Assembly (NCBI GenBank): GCA_031396005.1
Contig: JANNJX010000001.1
Coordinates: 1 to 43,562, forward strand
Source of the DNA: Burkholderiales bacterium
GTDB taxonomy: Bacteria; Pseudomonadota; Gammaproteobacteria; Burkholderiales; Burkholderiaceae_C
Length of the DNA stretch: 43,562 nucleotides
Direction of reading: 5' to 3'
The notes under the pieces were generated by a model. The model made no database searches and was not told where the DNA came from. It saw nothing but the letters and a program-made list of their open reading frames with translations. The position numbers and the translations under genes were made by a program. Of this stretch, positions 34,601 to 42,879 are shown one piece after another (within the stretch, counting starts at the first letter, position 1; each line of letters opens with the position of its first letter).

Positions 34601-35018
34601 CAGCTATCACTCGTCGTTCATCCTGCTCGCCGACGGCAGCATCCTCGGCGGCGGTGACCCGCAGTCCGGCGGTGCGCCGACGCCGCACGAGCGCTTCTTC
34701 CCTGGCTACTTCGATCTGCCGCGGCCAGTGATCGCGAACGCGCCGGCGACGATCAACTACGGCGCCGCCTTCGTCATCGATACGCCCAACGCGGCCGACA
34801 TCACCGAGGTCGTGCTGCTGCGCTCGGGTGCGGTGACGCACGGCTTCAACATGTCGCAGCGCGGGCTCGAGGTGGTCGTCAGCGGCGTCGCAGCCGCGGC
34901 GCTGACGGTGGACATGCCGGCGAACGCGAACCTTGCGCCGCCCGGCTGGTACCTGCTGTTCATCCTGAACGCGACCCGCGTGCCGTCGCTCGGGCGCTGG
35001 GTCAGAGTGACGGCGTGA
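31647..35018 (+). CDS. 1123-aa multi-copper fusion protein: transthyretin-like N-domain, two-domain multicopper oxidase with an inserted cupredoxin-like site, and a galactose/glyoxal-oxidase-like propeller with a DUF1929 C-terminal domain
   Basis: The MCO ligand motifs are LHAHG (aa 226-230), WPFHDH (277-282), HNFHPH (543-548) and HCHVHHHMANGM (611-622). An extra type-1-like loop is YFCRIHPEM (437-445). The galactose-oxidase-like blocks are DMWSAEH, NRFYST, RSYHSS, THGFNMSQR and the terminal WYLLFILN...RVPS. No signal peptide is present. Confidence 0.85.
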   Translation: MRYEIRGKVIDSFTGDPIGGVRVEAWDKDFLFVDDHLGSASTRSDGSFTITFDEAAFRDIFLDRWPDLYFKVWCSNELLASTEDSVLWNVRQPQVGVEIKAQHPKPPVCDERHIYLKIERIDPYSPVKPQDKVVPPVQYGRDCMRNHGHENALIPQAEIDARSLTAVVYREYLDSGYLIPKPDKLIAADINEPAYDHRVPGTVIYTRPCQRLKIHVWNTDDVSHSLHAHGVRYGIDSDGSWPFGTQAAHHGGRSDAICPGDTWTYTFDVPDNALGAWPFHDHTHHTDMKIEQGLFGGIVVLGPCDRPPRRFRFPWRLLRPIYLDIERLEKLPVLRDKRLPEKFEFDEETILTLAPHIHLRRLKAETRQLLKQHLEFLEEFAVRELALPRRFVDTDHVPVFFHLMSNPTGKPVFDTGDIEELGGEAELVFDTAGDFEYFCRIHPEMTGVVHVVPGGPDPVTVTIVGGPPMAFSPAEVTVGVGGTVRWINDSIFHHTATSKQGATMPTHCINGRGFVGNTPTIVGRSGQRIRWYVFNLDTSETWHNFHPHAMRWKFGGESVDIRSMGPAESFVVEAEIPPVLLLSADEEKAQDPAHRPRGATLRRLKGDFVFHCHVHHHMANGMVGLVRARQSIWLTDAMAHEISHRTGLPLDDGSNACPDVDPHPCHGHGGGRWEEVAGAPEVAFMHSVLLPNTQRVLYWGYTRADQSRVWDYSTPAGSYLLPANQPADSPGLNPSTSDMWSAEHTVLDTAPGTVLIHGGFSPDKAFNFDPAALTWTRVGDTAENRFYSTTLTLADSTAVTLYGPSAKNFERYTHGVGWAAPVGFAASMNHHQFYPWTYLLPDGRLFIAGPHDPTHRLDLATPLAPESFATIAGNRSTGGEKGTSVLFILRPPNYEPVACIAGGNPAPAQSTAETIDLSAATPAWTALPNLNVPRPEQFTATLLPDGRVFIAGGVSGGADGGVCEIFDPRNPGDGWVTGPPMKYVRSYHSSFILLADGSILGGGDPQSGGAPTPHERFFPGYFDLPRPVIANAPATINYGAAFVIDTPNAADITEVVLLRSGAVTHGFNMSQRGLEVVVSGVAAAALTVDMPANANLAPPGWYLLFILNATRVPSLGRWVRVTA

Positions 35019-35039
35019 GAACTGCGAGGTCGGCGCGCA

Positions 35040-35505
35040 CCGGCCTCAGTCGGTCGCTGCTGCCGAATCAATGCCAGCGATCCGCCGTAAGAGAGCGTTC
35101 GCTTGGCGGCTGGCGGTGGATTCTTTGTGGCCGGAAGTGAAGGTCGAGCGTTCGCTTTCTTCCCACGCCCACTGACCCTCGTCCGCAAGCACGGCTGCCA
35201 GCCGACCTGTGGACTGATCGTTCGCACTACCTGCACGGTCCTTGATCTCCACTGCCTCAACGGACTCGGATGGTCGCTATCGAGCGGCGCCAAAGTGATT
35301 TGCACCGAGCGAGGCCGCAAGACGTGTCCGCGGAGCCGACGTTCAAGGTGTCAATTCGACCCCAAGCAGAACTTGGCTGCCATGCTCGGCCCGCCTGACA
35401 GCGGGCCTTGGCGCTCTCCTGCGTTCGTAGCCATGTTCGGTGGCCACAGAACAGGCCGCAAGGCGAAGTGCCCTTCACCCAACAACGCAGGCTCGCGCAG
35501 CGAGA
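35040..35505 (-). mobile_element. Relic R4: decayed IS91/ISCR-family transposase tail
   Basis: The plus strand contains GTCCGCGGAGCCGACGTTCAAGGTG (compare R8 GTCCGCGCAGCCGACGCTCAAGCTC). The minus-strand translation gives ...SAWGRIDTLNVGSADTSCGLARCKSLWRRSIATI..., consistent with the zinc-finger/IAxI tail of the family. The tail stretch aligns with R3. Confidence 0.5.
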
Positions 35506-35512
35506 GGAACCT

Positions 35513-36505
35513 TCAACCCTTGGCCTTGCGCCGCCACTCTGCCGGCGGCTGGCCCACCTGGCGCTTGAAGGCCCGCGCAAACGCCGCCTCTGACTCGTAG
35601 CCCACTTCCTGGGCCACGGCGGCCACCGTGCTGGCCGTATCGCGCAGCAGCGTGGCCCCCACCTGCATGCGCCAGTTGGCGAGATACTGCATCGGCGCCT
35701 GCCCGATCAGCGCGGCAAAGCGCTCGTGCAAGGCCGAGCGGGAGAGCCCCACTCGCTGGCTCAGCTCCTCCACGGTCCATGGATCGCCAGGCGCCGCATG
35801 CAGCAGCGTGAGGGCGCGGCCCACGAAGCGGTCACGCAGCCCTGCCAGCCAGCCCTGGCTGTCCTCGGGCAGGGCGGCGAGGTAGCGTCCGATGGCGTCG
35901 ATGAACATCATCTCGCTTAGCCGCTCGAGCATGGCGCCGCCACCCGGCCTGCGCCTGGCTGATTCCGCCGCGGCCTGGCGCATGCATTGCACGGCCCAGT
36001 CCTGGGCGCCGGTCGATCTCAAGTGCAGCAGGCGAGGCAGCGACGCGATCAGCGGATTGAAGGGCCGCAGATCGCAACCGAGGAAGCCACATACCAGCAC
36101 CGTCTCGCCCGCACCAGCCGGGGCCGAGCCTGTAGGAACCTCCGCCACATCGAGGTGCAGCGTGAACGGCAGGGGTTGCTGCTGGCGCTCGAAATAACCC
36201 TGGGCGTTCGGTGGTGCGCGCATGCCGGGCGCACTGGAGACCACATGAGGGTCGCCCTGCGGAAAGATCACGAGGTCGCCCACCGCCAGAGGCACCGGAT
36301 CGCCGCCCACCACCGCCGCCCAGCAGGCACCCGAAAGCACCACGTGGAACTCCATGACGTGCTCGCAACCCGGCATCACGGCGGCCGCAATGTCGCGGGA
36401 AGGCGGCGCCTCGGCCGCCCAGTCACGCGTGCCGCTGACGTGAAAGTACAGCGCGCCGCGCAGCCGCACGCTGCGCAAGAGGTCCGAGAGCGTGTCCTGG
36501 TTCAT
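35513..36505 (-). CDS. AraC-family transcriptional regulator with an N-terminal cupin domain
   Basis: The C-terminal double HTH is WTVEELSQRVGLSRSALHERF...ANWRMQVGATLL...VAAVAQEVGYESEAAFARAFKR. The N-terminal cupin-like part is MNQDTLSDLLRSVRLRGALYFHV. The start is ATG 36505, with 36523 as an alternative. Confidence 0.85.
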   Translation of the reverse strand: MNQDTLSDLLRSVRLRGALYFHVSGTRDWAAEAPPSRDIAAAVMPGCEHVMEFHVVLSGACWAAVVGGDPVPLAVGDLVIFPQGDPHVVSSAPGMRAPPNAQGYFERQQQPLPFTLHLDVAEVPTGSAPAGAGETVLVCGFLGCDLRPFNPLIASLPRLLHLRSTGAQDWAVQCMRQAAAESARRRPGGGAMLERLSEMMFIDAIGRYLAALPEDSQGWLAGLRDRFVGRALTLLHAAPGDPWTVEELSQRVGLSRSALHERFAALIGQAPMQYLANWRMQVGATLLRDTASTVAAVAQEVGYESEAAFARAFKRQVGQPPAEWRRKAKG

Positions 36506-36669
36506 CGTGGAGCCGAGGTTCATTCTGCGCGACGTACGGCAGGCCTGACATCGGTTCCGGGCCGATGACGGATTCGCGATCAAACGCCGGCGACGCGCGG
36601 TAGGGCATGCCGCGGGCACTTGCGCCACGATGCCTCGACACCAACCGCTCACCCTGGAGAACATTCCCC

Positions 36670-37032
36670 ATGAACCCACGCTCCGGCGACACCGAAAGTG
36701 TCGTGCGCCATCACCTGAAATCCTTTCTCGAGCAGCAGGGCCTGGACGCGATCTTGAGCGACTACGCCGATGACGCCTGCTTCCTCTGCGAAGGCCGCGC
36801 GTACTGCGGCAAGCCGGCGATCCGCGGGTTCTTCGACGAGTTCATCGCCGCGCTGCCGCCGCAGGCCATCGGCCAATTCACGCTGCGCAGCATGCGTGTG
36901 CAAGGCGAGGTGGCGCACATCACCTGGAGTGCCGGCCCCGAACTGCCTCTGGGCACCGACACCTTCGTCGTGCGCAAGGGCAGGATCGTCTCGCAGACGT
37001 TCGCGATGTACGCGCAACCGCTGAACCCGTAG
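36670..37032 (+). CDS. SnoaL-like / NTF2-fold family protein
   Basis: This 120-aa protein (VVRHHLKSFLEQQGLDAILSDYADDACF...GKPAIRGFFDEFIAAL...AHITWSA) has the typical NTF2-like pattern. It is divergent from the AraC gene. Confidence 0.7.
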   Translation: MNPRSGDTESVVRHHLKSFLEQQGLDAILSDYADDACFLCEGRAYCGKPAIRGFFDEFIAALPPQAIGQFTLRSMRVQGEVAHITWSAGPELPLGTDTFVVRKGRIVSQTFAMYAQPLNP

Positions 37033-37088
37033 TCGGCGCCGGACGCTCCTCAAGCAATTCAACCTCGGCTCATTCCCTGGAGGTCGCG

Positions 37089-37823
37089 ATGCGCGGACTC
37101 ATTTCGTTTCTCTACGGCGGGACCGCCTACGCGGCCTGCCTCGTCGCCTTGCTGTACTTCATCGGTTTCAGCGGCAACCTGCTCGTGCCCAAATCGGTCG
37201 ACGTCGGCGCCGGCGCACCCTGGGCCGTGGCCCTGGGCATCGACCTGCTGCTGCTGGCCCTGTTCGGCATTCAGCACAGCGTGATGGCGCGGAGCGGCTT
37301 CAAGCGCTGGTGGACTTGTGTCGTGCCCCCAGCCGTGGAGCGCAGCACCTACGTGGCGGCCACGAGCCTCGTGCTGGCGCTGCTGTTCTGGTTCTGGGTG
37401 CCGATCGGGGCACCGGTCGTGTGGCAGGTCGACAACCGCTTCGGCGCGGCGCTGCTGTGGGGCCTGTTCGGGCTCGGCTGGGTGCTGGTGCTGGTCAGCA
37501 CCTTCCTCATCAACCATTTCGAGCTGTTCGGGCTGCAGCAGGTCTTCGCGCGTCTCACACAGCGCGCCATGCCCGAGGTCCAGTTCAAGACGCCGCTGCT
37601 GTACCGCTACGTGCGCCACCCGCTGTACTTCGGCCTGCTGCTGAGTTTCTGGGCGGTGCCGGTCATGACGGCCGGGCGGCTGCTGTTCGCCTTCGGGTGC
37701 AGTGCCTACATCCTGATCGGCATCGCGTTCGAAGAGCGCGATCTGATCGCACAGTTCGGCGAACGCTACCGCCGCTACCGCGTCGAGGTGGGCATGTTGC
37801 TGCCGCGGCGAAGCCGATCCTGA
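37089..37823 (+). CDS. Membrane methyltransferase of the isoprenylcysteine carboxyl methyltransferase family (MddA-like)
   Basis: The protein is polytopic, with the blocks FGIQHSVMARSGFKRWW, INHFELFGLQQ and TPLLYRYVRHPLYFGLLL. These are typical of ICMT/MddA-type enzymes. Confidence 0.75.
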   Translation: MRGLISFLYGGTAYAACLVALLYFIGFSGNLLVPKSVDVGAGAPWAVALGIDLLLLALFGIQHSVMARSGFKRWWTCVVPPAVERSTYVAATSLVLALLFWFWVPIGAPVVWQVDNRFGAALLWGLFGLGWVLVLVSTFLINHFELFGLQQVFARLTQRAMPEVQFKTPLLYRYVRHPLYFGLLLSFWAVPVMTAGRLLFAFGCSAYILIGIAFEERDLIAQFGERYRRYRVEVGMLLPRRSRS

Positions 37824-37879
37824 GAGTGGCTGTGGCCAGTTCCGCATGCGGACGGCACGAGGCCATCGCGCCTCGGCAG

Positions 37880-38150
37880 TAGCGTGGGCGCCGCCACTCA
37901 ACACCCGCCGTTCACGTTCGCGCGGAGCGAGTTCAGCGAGTTGCGTTGAGCAGGAACGACCACTGATGGGTGCAAACGTCGGCTCGATCGCCGAGCGTGC
38001 CACCCGCGGGGCGCCGCAAAGGCAATGGCGTGTAGACCTCTTCGACCCTGAGTGGACGTTCGCATCGAGGCAGCCCGCCTCAAAGGCGGCGTTCGGCGGG
38101 CTTCCGGACGGAATCGAACGAAGGCAACTCGGCGCCCGACTCCGGTCTTG
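37880..38150 (-). mobile_element. Relic R5: internal fragment of the same transposase-derived repeat
   Basis: The plus strand aligns with R8 at 43095-43290. It shares a 16-mer (CCTCTTCGACCCTGAG) with R7. Minus-strand frames give DVCTHQWSFLL and QLAELAPRERE (compare FHG.LAPN..LR). Confidence 0.55.
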
Positions 38151-38153
38151 GCA

Positions 38154-39035
38154 TCACGCCGTTCCCACGCCGACCAGCATCTCGCACGGACCGACGAAAC
38201 CTTCCTTCGTCTCGAACGTGAGCAGCGCCGCCTCAATGTCATGCCAGACCTGCGCACGTTGATGCTCATCGAGCGCGGACATCATCTGGTGCAGCGCGCC
38301 GAAGGACTCGCGCTCGAAGCGCACACACTCTGCCGCACTCGGCAGCTTTACCGGCGAGGGTACGCGCCGGATTGCAATGTCCTTGAATCCCGCTTCTGAG
38401 AGCGCGGCCTCGAGCCCATCGCCGCTGAGGGAGAACGGCCCCGGCTGACCAGGAAGCGGTGCCGGCAGCTGGGCACGCTCGCGGATGATCTTCACGGGGA
38501 TCGAGAAGAAAGCATTGCGGTCGGGCGTCGAGTAGACGATAGCCGCGACGCGTCCGCCAGCCTTGAGCGCGTGCTTCATGCCAGCCATTGCGCACTGCAG
38601 ATCCGGAAAGTAGATGAGTCCGACGCGGCTGATCGCGATGTCGAACGAAGCCGCCGGCAAGCTCGTGAGCGCTTCGCCATCGATCTCCCACGTCGCGATG
38701 ATGCCGCCCAGGCCGGCAGCCTGCGCGTCGCGTTCGGCATAGGCCAGCAGCGCCGGTGCGATGTCAGTGGCGAGCACGTGGCCGCCAGCTCCGACGCGGC
38801 GCGCCGCCGCGAGGGACTGCTCGCCAGCCCCTGCCGCGACATCAAGGACGCGGCATCCGGGGCCGACCCGCGCCATCTCGAACATCGCCTCGGTGGCATC
38901 GCCCAGCCAACTGCCGATGAACGGGCCCCATCGGTGCCATGCCTCGGCCGCACTCTGCCACTGTGCGCGGGTCGTGGTCTTGAATTTAGTCGCGTCGAAG
39001 GTGGCCGGCGCCAAGGGTTGCAACACGGTGTTCAT
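38154..39035 (-). CDS. Class I SAM-dependent methyltransferase
   Basis: AGGAGA precedes ATG 39035. Motif I is RVLDVAAGAGEQS and the post-I acidic residue is HVLATDIA. The N-terminal extension of ORF 38154..39212 is implausible. Confidence 0.85.
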   Translation of the reverse strand: MNTVLQPLAPATFDATKFKTTTRAQWQSAAEAWHRWGPFIGSWLGDATEAMFEMARVGPGCRVLDVAAGAGEQSLAAARRVGAGGHVLATDIAPALLAYAERDAQAAGLGGIIATWEIDGEALTSLPAASFDIAISRVGLIYFPDLQCAMAGMKHALKAGGRVAAIVYSTPDRNAFFSIPVKIIRERAQLPAPLPGQPGPFSLSGDGLEAALSEAGFKDIAIRRVPSPVKLPSAAECVRFERESFGALHQMMSALDEHQRAQVWHDIEAALLTFETKEGFVGPCEMLVGVGTA

Positions 39036-39210
39036 TCGCCTGTCTCCTGTCATCAAAGTCCGCCGGGTATCGGCGGTTGGAGAAACTTTCGTTCCAAACG
39101 GGTGGCGGCACCAGTCCAGAAATTGCACCTGCCGCGGCGCACGCCCTCTGTCGGATGCCAGTCCAGAATTTGGACTCGCCCGCGAGCCTCGCATCCTGTA
39201 GTCTTGATTC

Positions 39211-39909
39211 ATGATCGACTACGGCCAGTTCTGCACGGTCGCCCGCGGCGCGGAGGTGTTCGGTGAACGTTGGACGCCATTGGTCGTGCGCGAGCTGCTC
39301 TGTGGCAGCACGCGCTTCAACGACATTCGCCGCGGCGTGCCGCGCATGTCGGCATCGCTGCTGGTGCAGCGGCTGCGCAAGCTCGAGGAGATCGGCGTCG
39401 TCAAGCGAGTTGTCGTTGCGGCCGGCGGGCCCGCTGAATACCATCTGACCGGCGCCGGCGAGGAGCTGCGTCCCATCGTCATGGCGCTCGGCGAGTGGGG
39501 CGCGCGCTGGATCGGCAGCCGCCTCAAGCGCGGTCAACTCGACGTCGGCTTCTTGATGTGGGACATCCGCCGCTTCGTGCGCCTCGCCGAGTTCCCGCGC
39601 GACCGTTCGGTGCTCATTCAGTTCCGCTTCCCCGACGCGCACGCCGGCGAGCGCCGCTGGTGGCTGGTGGTCGAGGGTGGCAGTGCCGACCTGTGTCGCG
39701 ACGACCCGGGGCCAGAGCCCACCTTGGTGGTCGAGTCGACGGTGCTGGCGTTGACAGAGATCTGGACCGGCGACCGCGATGCCCTCGAAGCCGTAGAAAG
39801 CCGTGCAATCCGCGTGCGCGGCGGCGCGCGTGATGCATGCGACCTGTGGCGCTGGCTCGGGCGCAGTGCATTCGCCGATACGCGGGAAGCGTGCCGCAAG
39901 GAAAGGTAG
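39211..39909 (+). CDS. HxlR-family winged-helix transcriptional regulator with a C-terminal extension
   Basis: The block CTVARGAEVFGERWTPLVVRELLCGSTRFNDIRRGVPRMSASLLVQRLRKLEEIGVV is the HxlR signature. The gene is divergent from the methyltransferase gene. Confidence 0.85.
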   Translation: MIDYGQFCTVARGAEVFGERWTPLVVRELLCGSTRFNDIRRGVPRMSASLLVQRLRKLEEIGVVKRVVVAAGGPAEYHLTGAGEELRPIVMALGEWGARWIGSRLKRGQLDVGFLMWDIRRFVRLAEFPRDRSVLIQFRFPDAHAGERRWWLVVEGGSADLCRDDPGPEPTLVVESTVLALTEIWTGDRDALEAVESRAIRVRGGARDACDLWRWLGRSAFADTREACRKER

Positions 39910-40084
39910 GACGGCGCACGCGTGCGCAGTGCCCAATGCGGCGCCGGCACCGGCGGTCGGATGTTGCTGCCCGAACCTGCAAAGTTTTTTCCGGCCGCGT
40001 GCCTGGGCCGGGTCTGAGCGACAGCGGGTTTCGCTCACGCGAGATGGCGCCAGCTGAGATGTCGCACTGATGAGCGGCCGGTGG

Positions 40085-40720
40085 CGGAAGTCAGCTCGTG
40101 GCCGACAGCTCACTTTGACGGATCGCTGTAGGGACATGCCTGCCGAGTTCCCTCGGTAGACGGGCATGGCGCGCCACTCTGAAGGGAGTGTTGAGCGGCC
40201 TCTGGCACCTCGAGACGGCGGCAAGGCTCGGCCCGAACGATCGGTTCTAGCGTTCGGCGATCAGCCGACTTCCCGAAGCAGCGCTGCCGAGGTGTCCGCA
40301 CAGCCGACGCTCTACCTGCGCTTTCGTGCCCTCTGCTGTGACATTCACCGCCCCAGGTTGGTCGCCGTAAGCTGTCGCTCGCGCGGTGCGCCGTGCGCAT
40401 CGCTCATCGATGGTCAGGCGCGGCCGCGGCATCAGTGCAGCCAGCCGCTGCGTGAACTCCAGCGGCGGCATTGCCGGGTGCGTTGCGCCGTCGTGCCGAC
40501 ATGTCTTCAGCTTCAGCACGACATGGCGGGCGCTGCACTGCACGCGCTCGTCAGTCCTGCACCGAACGGGTGATGGAGCAGCAAAGTCCTTCCAACCCCT
40601 GACGATCGTCGGCTTCGCTGTGCATGGCGACGTGTACGCTGAATAGCTGCATGCCCGCGCAACGCTCCTGGCGGTCTGACGCTAGACAATGCCGGTGGCC
40701 AGTCCATGAGCTCGGTCGAA
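40085..40720 (-). pseudogene. Relic R6: best-preserved IS91/ISCR-family (HUH Y2, rolling-circle) transposase pseudogene, about the last 200 codons with frameshifts and stops
   Basis: Minus-strand frames read FSVHVAMHSEADDRQGLEGLCCSITRSV, then RTDERVQCSARHVVLKLKTCRHDGATHPAMPPLEFTQRLAALMPRPRL, then (frameshifted) SDAHGAPRERQL, then VERRLCGH...RLIAER. These follow the remembered order FSLHA..ADDR.ALE.LCRYITRP, ERV...G.VVLKLKTPWRDGTTH...PLEF.QRLAALVPRPRL, IRFHGVLAPN, C..CGG...IA.I. Confidence 0.7.
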
Positions 40721-40830
40721 CAGGTGACCGCCATCCTCAACGGATCGACGCCACCTCAATCGGTCAACGCAGCACACGCCCATCGGCTTCGGGCCTGGTG
40801 GAGCACCCCCGACCTTCCCTCGGAGCACCC

Positions 40831-41601
40831 ATGACCATGTATGCCACCTATCCGTCCCTCGCCGGCCGCGGCGTGTTCATCACCGGAGGCGCCGCCGGCA
40901 TCGGCGCTGCGTTGGTCGAGCAGTTCGCCGCGCAGGGCAGCAGGGTGGCCTTCGTCGACCGAAGCGCCGCAGAGGCGAAGGCCACCGTCCAGCGGTGCGT
41001 GCAGGCGGGCACTGCGCATGTGCCGTTGTTCTACGAGCTCGATCTCGTGGATATCGCGGCCTTGCGGCAGGCGTGCGCCGCGGCCGTCACCGCGTTGGGC
41101 CCGGTTTCGGTGCTGGTGAACAACGCGGCCAACGACGATCGTCACGACTGGCGAGACGTCACGCCCGAGTATTTCGACGATCGCATCAACGTGAACCTAC
41201 GCCACTACTTCTTCGCGATCCAGGCACTGGCGCCGCAGATGATCGAGGCCGGGCACGGCTCTATCGTGAACATCGGGTCGAGCAGCTACCTCATGCAGGA
41301 GGACATGTTCCCCGGGTACGCCATCGCCAAATCCGCGGTGGAGGGCATCACCCGGACCATGGCGCGCACGTTCGGGCCTCACGGCGTGCGTGTCAACACA
41401 GTGCTTCCAGGATGGGTGCCCACCGAACGTCAGCTCACCAAGTGGTGGTCGCCCGAGGCTGAGGCGGGCACCATGCGCGACCAGGCGATCAAACGTCGGA
41501 TCACGCCCGATGAGTTCTCGCAGATGGTGCTGTTCCTGGCGGCCGACGACGGTGCAGCCTGCACGGCGCAGCACTTCCTCGTCGACGGCGGCCGCTTCTG
41601 A
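40831..41601 (+). CDS. Short-chain dehydrogenase/reductase (SDR) family oxidoreductase
   Basis: GGAG precedes ATG 40831. The motifs are TGGAAGIG (cofactor), NNAA and YAIAK (YxxxK catalytic). Confidence 0.9.
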   Translation: MTMYATYPSLAGRGVFITGGAAGIGAALVEQFAAQGSRVAFVDRSAAEAKATVQRCVQAGTAHVPLFYELDLVDIAALRQACAAAVTALGPVSVLVNNAANDDRHDWRDVTPEYFDDRINVNLRHYFFAIQALAPQMIEAGHGSIVNIGSSSYLMQEDMFPGYAIAKSAVEGITRTMARTFGPHGVRVNTVLPGWVPTERQLTKWWSPEAEAGTMRDQAIKRRITPDEFSQMVLFLAADDGAACTAQHFLVDGGRF

Positions 41602-41604
41602 CCC

Positions 41605-41795
41605 TTCTCTCGTTTTGAACGACCGATGACGGGTGCCAGCACCGAGAAGTCCGGCGGACGCGCGCCAAGAAGCGAACCTTCAGCGCTCCTCTTCGACCCT
41701 GAGCCACCGTTCAGATCACTCGCCGAAGGTTTCAGAAGCAGGCGGTGGACTGCTCATCGTCCGAGATACAAGGCGGCACTGCCTCAATCACCGAC
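41605..41795 (-). mobile_element. Relic R7: short internal fragment of the same repeat
   Basis: The plus strand GAACGACCGATGACGGGTGCCAGC...CCTCTTCGACCCTGAG aligns with R5 and R8. It fills the whole gap between the SDR stop and the GFA stop. Confidence 0.45.
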
Positions 41796-41802
41796 CGCGG
41801 CG

Positions 41803-42165
41803 CTACTCGTCGAGGAACGTCCATGTGTCGGCCCCGTCGAACCGACGGACAGGCACTGAGGCAATGAGCTCGGGATCGAAGTTGCCGAGATTCACACCGT
41901 GCTTGGCACCAGGCTCGACCGTCAGCGGCTCCCAATGCGTGACGCAACCGCATGTCTTGCAGCGGATGTTGCGCAGCGTTCGGTCACCCCAGATGTACTC
42001 AGTTGTCGATTCCGGGTGACCGGTGATCTTGACGGTGCCAAACTCAAAGTACACCCATGGGCCACCGCTGCGCCGGCACAGCGAGCAGTTGCACTTCGTG
42101 GCCACGGTGGGCGTAGATGGGAGCGTGAGGCGCACAGCGCCACAGTGACATGAGCCCTCATGCAT
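41803..42165 (-). CDS. GFA (glutathione-dependent formaldehyde-activating / CENP-V) family protein
   Basis: The pattern MHEGSCHCGAV...CNCSLCRR...CKTCGC is the diagnostic Cys-rich zinc-binding pattern of the family. Confidence 0.85.
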   Translation of the reverse strand: MHEGSCHCGAVRLTLPSTPTVATKCNCSLCRRSGGPWVYFEFGTVKITGHPESTTEYIWGDRTLRNIRCKTCGCVTHWEPLTVEPGAKHGVNLGNFDPELIASVPVRRFDGADTWTFLDE

Positions 42166-42336
42166 GGCTATCTCCGTAACGCGAATGCGGCGTGGAGCAG
42201 GACTTTGCCGTGCCGCCTAGACAAGATGGCTTCGTAGCAATGGCAGCCCACACCCGGCAACGCCGCAGGTTGCAGGCAAACTTGCTTGGCGACGGATTCA
42301 TAGGCGACGCTGGCGCGACACGTCATGACGCTGGCG

Positions 42337-42798
42337 TCAAGCGCGTCGTCCAGCATCGTGAACCTTGAGGCGCGCGCAGCGGCGATGCCCAAGCGCGACA
42401 TCGTCGAGGGCCTGCGCGACTGACTTCGAGGGGGTCCATGTGCCGCCCTGCGCGATGAACCGCGCGTCGGCTTCGACAATCTTGTCTTTTCCGCTGGGGC
42501 TCCCAAGCACTGGCGCCAGCACGGTCTCGATGCGCGCCATCTGCTGAGTGCGAAGCCTGCTGGTGTCCAGGTGGCCGGCCGCGTCGAATGCCAGCACACT
42601 GAACGACGTGCGAACCACGGCGACAGGTTGTCGGCACACAAGCTCGACCACAGCTTCGGCGCTGCGCACGCGCTGGCCTGCGAGTTCAGGCACCCGAAGG
42701 TGACCCGGATCTCGGAGCATGCGATCGAACGCGACACCGGCCATGCGGTGGATCGTGTCGTCCCTGGCGACCAGGTACCTGTGGGTTGAATAGGCCAT
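42337..42798 (-). CDS. Hypothetical protein (153-aa ORF; the C-terminus may be frameshifted)
   Basis: The first ~130 codons have protein-like composition (MAYSTHRYLVARDDTIHRMAGVAFDRMLRD...). The last ~20 are Arg-rich. A protein-like continuation exists in another frame down to 42168. Confidence 0.45.
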   Translation of the reverse strand: MAYSTHRYLVARDDTIHRMAGVAFDRMLRDPGHLRVPELAGQRVRSAEAVVELVCRQPVAVVRTSFSVLAFDAAGHLDTSRLRTQQMARIETVLAPVLGSPSGKDKIVEADARFIAQGGTWTPSKSVAQALDDVALGHRRCARLKVHDAGRRA

Positions 42799-42879
42799 GG
42801 GATTTGCCGGCGATGGCCGCTGCGCTGAGTCTGGCGACTCTAGCTGGTGATGGGCTCGTTGGCAGACAGACGGGCAACC

